A stretch of DNA of 36,857 nt, from positions 1 through 36,857 of IMG/VR virus record IMGVR_UViG_3300032272_000043; one strand, 5' to 3'. Below the pieces are notes generated by a model, which did not search any database, was not told the origin of the DNA, and worked only from the letters and a program-made list of their open reading frames with translations. Shown piece by piece: positions 32,158 through 36,857 of the stretch. Source of the DNA: a virus (taxonomy: Duplodnaviria > Caudoviricetes). Each line of letters begins with the position of its first letter. The first letter of the stretch is position 1. The translations under genes were made by a program, and so were the position numbers.

Positions 32158-34229
32158 TGCCCCTTACGCCAACCGCAAACTGGACCGCGGCTTTTGCGCA
32201 AAGCTCCGTTGCCGATCGGTTCTATGTCGAGATTACCGACAACACGCCCACGACGTGGTCGGCGGTGTCCGGCACTTGTGACCAGATAGACGCGCCCGAG
32301 TCGGTGCAGGGCGTTGCCGCGATATCCGCAGAACTGGACCCGCTTACTCGAGAGGTGCAGACCGGGCAGATTGACGTGACGTTTGACGATGCGTTTCTCC
32401 GTCCGATTATCGTTGCCAACCGAATCACACAGGCTCAGATAACGGTAACGCTCGGGGCCAGGGAGTTAGCATCGGCCGACTTCATCTCCTACTTCAGCGG
32501 TATCATCGACTCGATCCACCCCTCGGACGACAAGCAAGGCATCACGGTCTCCTGCCTCGACGCCTTCGGGATGCTCAAGACGCGCGAGATCGTGGGATAC
32601 TGGTTCAACCAGCACCCGCTACAAATCATCAAGGACATTCTCGACAAGGCCGGTGTCCCTGCCGGGCTCTACGACGCCACCAGCCTGGACCCGTCCCAGG
32701 CGCAATACACCACGATCAAGCACTTCAACATGAGCCGCATCCGCCCGGTCGTCGGCAAGCCCACCAACGCGTGGGAACTTGTACAGGAGGTTGCCGAGCT
32801 GATTAACGGGCAATTCATCACCACGGCCGCAGGCAAGCTCTCGTTTGTGCTGTTCGATAACAGCGCATCGACTGACTTCGCATGGGACGCCGACACGCTC
32901 TTGAGCTTCAGCACCCGCGAGGTGCATAGCCGCATTCTCAACGAGTTCACGGTCAACTTCAGCCGCCTCGACGAGCGCACCGATAAGCTGACCGAGCACA
33001 CCCAGAAATACCTGATGCGTGACGATGATAGCCAGGGCAACTATGCCTATCCAGGCGAGTCGGATCGCATCATGGCGGAGTCGCTAACCACGGACTGGCT
33101 TGACCAGCAAGTCGTGTTGGCCGAGTCCATCGACAACTCGCAGACCACCGGCATCATAATTCAGGGCGCTTCGCTGCCGTCATTCTGCGGCATGTGCTAC
33201 AGCGGCAACTCGACGCTAGCGACCAAGCCCTCGTGGACTGACCTCGGGGCGTCAAACAAGCTGTACGTTGACCTCGACGGTGAGGTCATCACCGCGACCG
33301 GGTATACGTTTGGCGTGGCCGGTACGACGCTCGATAATACATCCGGCTATAGCTACGTCATCGACCCGGCTGATGGGGTGCAGGACCAGCTAGGCAAGCG
33401 CCCATCCATCGCAGAGCTCACCGGCGTTACTCGCGGGTCGTCCCCTGTCGCCCATGACGGCTGGGACCGCGGCGCACAAACCGCGACCCGAGTCTACGAT
33501 GTGACAATCCCGCAAGCCTTATCCGAGGCCAAGATCGAGCGCTTCGGTGACGGCATTGACGTGATTGAGGTCACCGTCGACCTGCGCGAGTTCCCGGCGA
33601 CCCTCGGCGACGTTGGCACGGTGACAGACGACACGTTTGTCCGGTTCGGCAAGGACGGCACCGACACGGGCGACAAGTGGGAAATCATCGGCAAGGAGCT
33701 GGACCTTGACGCCAAGGAAATCCGCTATACGCTCGCCAGCGCAGAGACCGCATCCCCTACGACGTCATTCACCACCGGATCGATCTCGACCTCTGGGCTA
33801 GAGGCGGTGCGGACCCTGGACGCGGGCGGGGGCGGTTCGTTCTCTGCGGGCGTCGGCACTGGTTTTGAATTGACAGCAAGCGGCCTAGACGTCACCGTGG
33901 CCGCTGGAACGTCGGTCAACGGCAGCCTCACGAGCCACCTCAACGCTGACGCAACGATAACAGTAGATGCGAGCCGCGACACCTACCTGTATAGGGACGT
34001 CGTTTCTGGTGCGGTCTCCGCCATATCCGTAGCCACGGCAGCAGCGGAGCCGCCATCCGCGCCCACAGAGCACCTGATCGGAATGGTGGTCGCTGGGGCG
34101 TCATCGGTGACTTTGCGCACAGAGCAGGTCAGCCGCAGCACGGCTACGGTGTCCACGGGTAGCAACGAGGCCCCCCGGTCTGGTAACCTGATCACAAATG
34201 GGAACTTTTCCCAGGTGAAAAAGGGATGA
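32157..34229 (+). CDS. Tail hub / central tail protein
   Basis: 690 aa; FSGIID, D...LK, ILNEFTVNF, LGDV..VTD; position in the tail-tip module. Confidence 0.7.
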   Translation: MPLTPTANWTAAFAQSSVADRFYVEITDNTPTTWSAVSGTCDQIDAPESVQGVAAISAELDPLTREVQTGQIDVTFDDAFLRPIIVANRITQAQITVTLGARELASADFISYFSGIIDSIHPSDDKQGITVSCLDAFGMLKTREIVGYWFNQHPLQIIKDILDKAGVPAGLYDATSLDPSQAQYTTIKHFNMSRIRPVVGKPTNAWELVQEVAELINGQFITTAAGKLSFVLFDNSASTDFAWDADTLLSFSTREVHSRILNEFTVNFSRLDERTDKLTEHTQKYLMRDDDSQGNYAYPGESDRIMAESLTTDWLDQQVVLAESIDNSQTTGIIIQGASLPSFCGMCYSGNSTLATKPSWTDLGASNKLYVDLDGEVITATGYTFGVAGTTLDNTSGYSYVIDPADGVQDQLGKRPSIAELTGVTRGSSPVAHDGWDRGAQTATRVYDVTIPQALSEAKIERFGDGIDVIEVTVDLREFPATLGDVGTVTDDTFVRFGKDGTDTGDKWEIIGKELDLDAKEIRYTLASAETASPTTSFTTGSISTSGLEAVRTLDAGGGGSFSAGVGTGFELTASGLDVTVAAGTSVNGSLTSHLNADATITVDASRDTYLYRDVVSGAVSAISVATAAAEPPSAPTEHLIGMVVAGASSVTLRTEQVSRSTATVSTGSNEAPRSGNLITNGNFSQVKKG

Positions 34230-34232
34230 TCA

Positions 34233-35183
34233 ATGCGGGCAATCATAGCGATTCTTTTTCTTGCAGCGTGCGGGGAGGCCCCCGGTAATATGGCAACCAT
34301 CGAAATAGGAGCCTGGGAGTTAGGCAACGGCGCTGTTCTCGGCACGGACATTGACGTGTCCACCACGGTGGTCAAGTCGGCGGCTCAGTCGCTGCACTTC
34401 TTGAACACGACCCCGGCTGCGAATCCGATTCTGACGACTCGGGACTTCATCCCCGTAAACCCGTCACGGTCATACTCATGGCGCGCAGAGATTCGGGCCG
34501 ACTCCGTAACCGCAACGCACAAGGTGATCTATCAGGTCTACTGGTTCCAGGCGGACAAAACAGCGAGCGCCGTTACTGTGTACGACACCGTGAATAACGC
34601 AATCGTAGCAGCCGCCAACACATGGGAGGTCGTATCTGGTGTCATCACGGCTCCGTCTGACGCCGCATACGCCAAGATCCGAATCGCAAAGGTGAACCTG
34701 GCGTTTAATGCGTACTTTGACAGCGTGGATTTTCGGCCGGCGGTGCCGCGGTGGAGGGCGACGCGCACCGCAGCCCTCACCCTGGTCGACACCGTCAACA
34801 CGGTCATAGCGTGGGACACTACAGACGAAGTTGATGCAACAGTGAACACGTCTACAGGGGTCGTGACTATCCTTGTGAGCGGAGTCTACCTTATTTCATC
34901 CAAGGTGGCGCTTACGTCGGTCCCGTCCGGGCAGGACAACCAACTAACGGTTGGTATTCTTGTGGACCCCCTCGGCGTCGGGTCGTTCGCGCTTGTTGGG
35001 CAGGTCAACGGGATAAGATACACAAACGCCACCACCGCCGGGTACTCTGAGGAAACAAGCGCATTGATCTCACTCAATGCCGGCGACCTTGTTGAGGTGA
35101 TTGCAGGGCAGTCGTCTGGCGCGAATCGTGCGATGACAGTAGGGACATACCACAGCTTCTTCACTGGAGCCCGAATCGAATAA
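34233..35183 (+). CDS. Predicted lipoprotein with carbohydrate-binding-module-like and C1q-like domains
   Basis: MRAIIAILFLAAC lipobox; FIPVNPSRSY...W..VSGVITAPSDAAYAKIRI...YFDSV (CBM-like); TGVVTI..SGVYLIS...LNAGDLVEV...FTGARI (C1q-like). Confidence 0.7.
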   Translation: MRAIIAILFLAACGEAPGNMATIEIGAWELGNGAVLGTDIDVSTTVVKSAAQSLHFLNTTPAANPILTTRDFIPVNPSRSYSWRAEIRADSVTATHKVIYQVYWFQADKTASAVTVYDTVNNAIVAAANTWEVVSGVITAPSDAAYAKIRIAKVNLAFNAYFDSVDFRPAVPRWRATRTAALTLVDTVNTVIAWDTTDEVDATVNTSTGVVTILVSGVYLISSKVALTSVPSGQDNQLTVGILVDPLGVGSFALVGQVNGIRYTNATTAGYSEETSALISLNAGDLVEVIAGQSSGANRAMTVGTYHSFFTGARIE

Positions 35184-35197
35184 ACACAGGAGAAACC

Positions 35198-35590
35198 ATG
35201 AAAATAAAAGCACTAACCCTCGCCCTTATCGCCACCGCTGGCTTTATCGCATTCAACGCCTTCGCCGAGCCGGACCAGTTCAGCCGAGACCGCGGCATCG
35301 ACTACGCGCGCGCGTGTATCCCGGTAGCCGGAGAGACAGCGCAGCTATCCGTCACGGCGAGCGCTGGGACCGGGGCGCTCGCGGCGGCGACCGTCTACTC
35401 GTACATCTGCACGGTGGCGACCTATTACGAGTTCGGCGACGCAGCGAACCCGACGGCGGACAGCTCGTCAAACTATCTGCCGAAGGACACGATGATTTAT
35501 TTCAGCACGGGCGCGGTGACATCGCTCTATCTGGCTGCGGTAGATGTCGCCACGGCTGGCGGAACATGCTACGTCCACAAGTGCCGCTAA
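35198..35590 (+). CDS. Secreted small beta-rich protein (Sec signal peptide)
   Basis: MKIKALTLALIATAGFIAFNAFA-EP (AxA cleavage site); AGGAG RBS; 4 Cys. Confidence 0.75.
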   Translation: MKIKALTLALIATAGFIAFNAFAEPDQFSRDRGIDYARACIPVAGETAQLSVTASAGTGALAAATVYSYICTVATYYEFGDAANPTADSSSNYLPKDTMIYFSTGAVTSLYLAAVDVATAGGTCYVHKCR

Positions 35591-35591
35591 C

Positions 35592-36857
35592 ATGCCCCGC
35601 CTACTCCTAGCAACCGCCGCCCTGTGCCTGCTCACGGGCGGCGTAGTCGGTCGCCCCGGTGTCGGGGTCGGTGTTGGTTCAACGTCACGGCAGGGCGGTG
35701 CGCGCCCCGACTTCGCCCCAACCTTCGACGGCGGCGGGGTCGCGAACCTCGATGCGTCGTTGACGATCAACGGGATAACGGTCGAGCCGTTAATTCGGTA
35801 CTACGGCGGGGACGCGGCGTCTGGCACTTGGCCAGCGGCGACATACGGCACGACGCTAACCGAGTTCCTAGATACAAATACCAATTCATTCAACGAAGGC
35901 TCCCCGCTAATGGGGGCCGATGACGACTCAATCTTGCTGTCAGCTAATGCGGGCTCCCGATTTGAGACCTCAGTATCAGCTACTGGCGACCTTGGAACGG
36001 GCGACCTTGCCCTCGCGATCCTGTTCAAAGCGAACACGGGCGGCGGAACATTTCTTGGAAAGCTATCTACGGATGGTTATCAGGTCGCAATAGCAAGCAG
36101 CACTCTTCGGTTCCTTCTGGATGACGCCGACGCGCAGGCCGGTGTTGCAACCGGAACGCTCATCAACGGTGCGTGGTACTACGCGAACTGCTTTATAAAT
36201 CGGGACGAGGCGAGCACAAACGGCAGCCGGTGCTATGCTAACAATACGGCAGGCACGGGGGTCGATCTCTCCGCCCTTGCGAGCACTCTCACAAATTCGA
36301 TCGGAATAGCAATCAACTCCAACGGTGAGGGCAGCGCGGTCGGGGAGGTTAACACTAATCTGGCATACATCGCGGTTTACGAAGCCCCAGGGGCGTGGTT
36401 TCAGGCAGGCGCGGCTGGCCCGGCAGAGTGGGCCACCGTCCACGCCGAGCAATTCGCCAAACTAACCGGCACATGGGACAGCACGTCAAGCGCAGGTCCG
36501 ACAGTCGCAACACGATCAAGCACCGGCACGCTACGCAAACGAACGGCAGGCGTTACCAAGCTATACACCGTGGGTGGGAATTGGCCCCGCACTGAGCGCT
36601 GGGTTGACGACTCAGGCGGCGAGGTAGTTGGCTACCTTGCAGAGCCGGGGCTGTTCAACCTGATCACAGACTCCATGGCCATGGACAACTGGACCGAAAA
36701 GGACGCAGGCGACACACAGGACATCGACGGCGCCGATGATGCGTTCGGGAACGCGACCATGGATGGCAACATCGCAGACGCTACGGATGGCGAGCACGGG
36801 TTCACACATGCCTCAGACGCGACAACGGCCACGGCCTGCACTGTCTCCGCCACGGCT
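35592..36857 (+). CDS. N-terminal part of a large tail fibre / LamG-like protein with signal-peptide-like N-terminus; 3'-partial, absent from the ORF track
   Basis: ATG 35592 (MPRLLLATAALCLLTGGVVG...) is open for 422 codons to the window end; contains ATRSSTGT...PR...GYLAEP...NLI, typical of phage fibre proteins. Confidence 0.75.
   Translation, partial: MPRLLLATAALCLLTGGVVGRPGVGVGVGSTSRQGGARPDFAPTFDGGGVANLDASLTINGITVEPLIRYYGGDAASGTWPAATYGTTLTEFLDTNTNSFNEGSPLMGADDDSILLSANAGSRFETSVSATGDLGTGDLALAILFKANTGGGTFLGKLSTDGYQVAIASSTLRFLLDDADAQAGVATGTLINGAWYYANCFINRDEASTNGSRCYANNTAGTGVDLSALASTLTNSIGIAINSNGEGSAVGEVNTNLAYIAVYEAPGAWFQAGAAGPAEWATVHAEQFAKLTGTWDSTSSAGPTVATRSSTGTLRKRTAGVTKLYTVGGNWPRTERWVDDSGGEVVGYLAEPGLFNLITDSMAMDNWTEKDAGDTQDIDGADDAFGNATMDGNIADATDGEHGFTHASDATTATACTVSATA

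Larger units (their letters stand above)
1..36857. mobile_element. Near-complete tailed bacteriophage genome (siphovirus-like), probably circularly permuted
   Basis: Full set of terminase, portal, capsid, tail, lysis and replication genes. No host housekeeping genes. The ORFs at the two ends are in the same frame and have similar composition. Confidence 0.93.

Noticed and set aside
34220-34226. Slippery-looking heptamer A AAG GGA just before the tail hub stop
   Set aside because: The -1 frame stops at TAA 34286..34288, and the next gene is in the 0 frame, so a frameshift would not produce a fusion.
1-36857. tRNA, rRNA, CRISPR arrays, introns, inteins or a reassigned genetic code
   Set aside because: None recognised. 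Terminase and DnaB are normal length, and TAA, TAG and TGA all end well-supported genes.

Overview
The window is an essentially complete, GC-rich, very compact tailed-phage genome with siphovirus-like organisation. It is probably circularly permuted: an ORF running off the right end (35592..36857) is in frame with the ORF entering at position 1. It has three blocks. (i) A leftward early operon (10693 to 2796): small ORFs, a stand-alone response-regulator receiver, a 5'-3' exonuclease/RecT-like fusion, an ASCH-like protein, small genes separated by a 24-bp repeated motif, a C5 methyltransferase with a nested out-of-frame second subunit, a small tyrosine recombinase and an HNH endonuclease. (ii) A rightward early/replication block: Cro-like HTH, HNH, N6/N4 methyltransferase, a structured RNA leader, replication initiator with origin-like repeats, DnaB and a RusA-like resolvase. 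(iii) Packaging, head, tail and lysis genes: ParB-methyltransferase, terminase, Mu gpF-like protein, portal fused to an HTH, split prohead protease, decoration protein, capsid, neck, tail tube, frameshifted tail chaperone, short tape measure, tail-tip proteins, four consecutive signal-peptide-bearing genes, holin-like genes and an amidase. No CI repressor, tRNA, CRISPR array or reverse transcriptase was recognised. All calls come from reading motifs by eye; no database searches were run.
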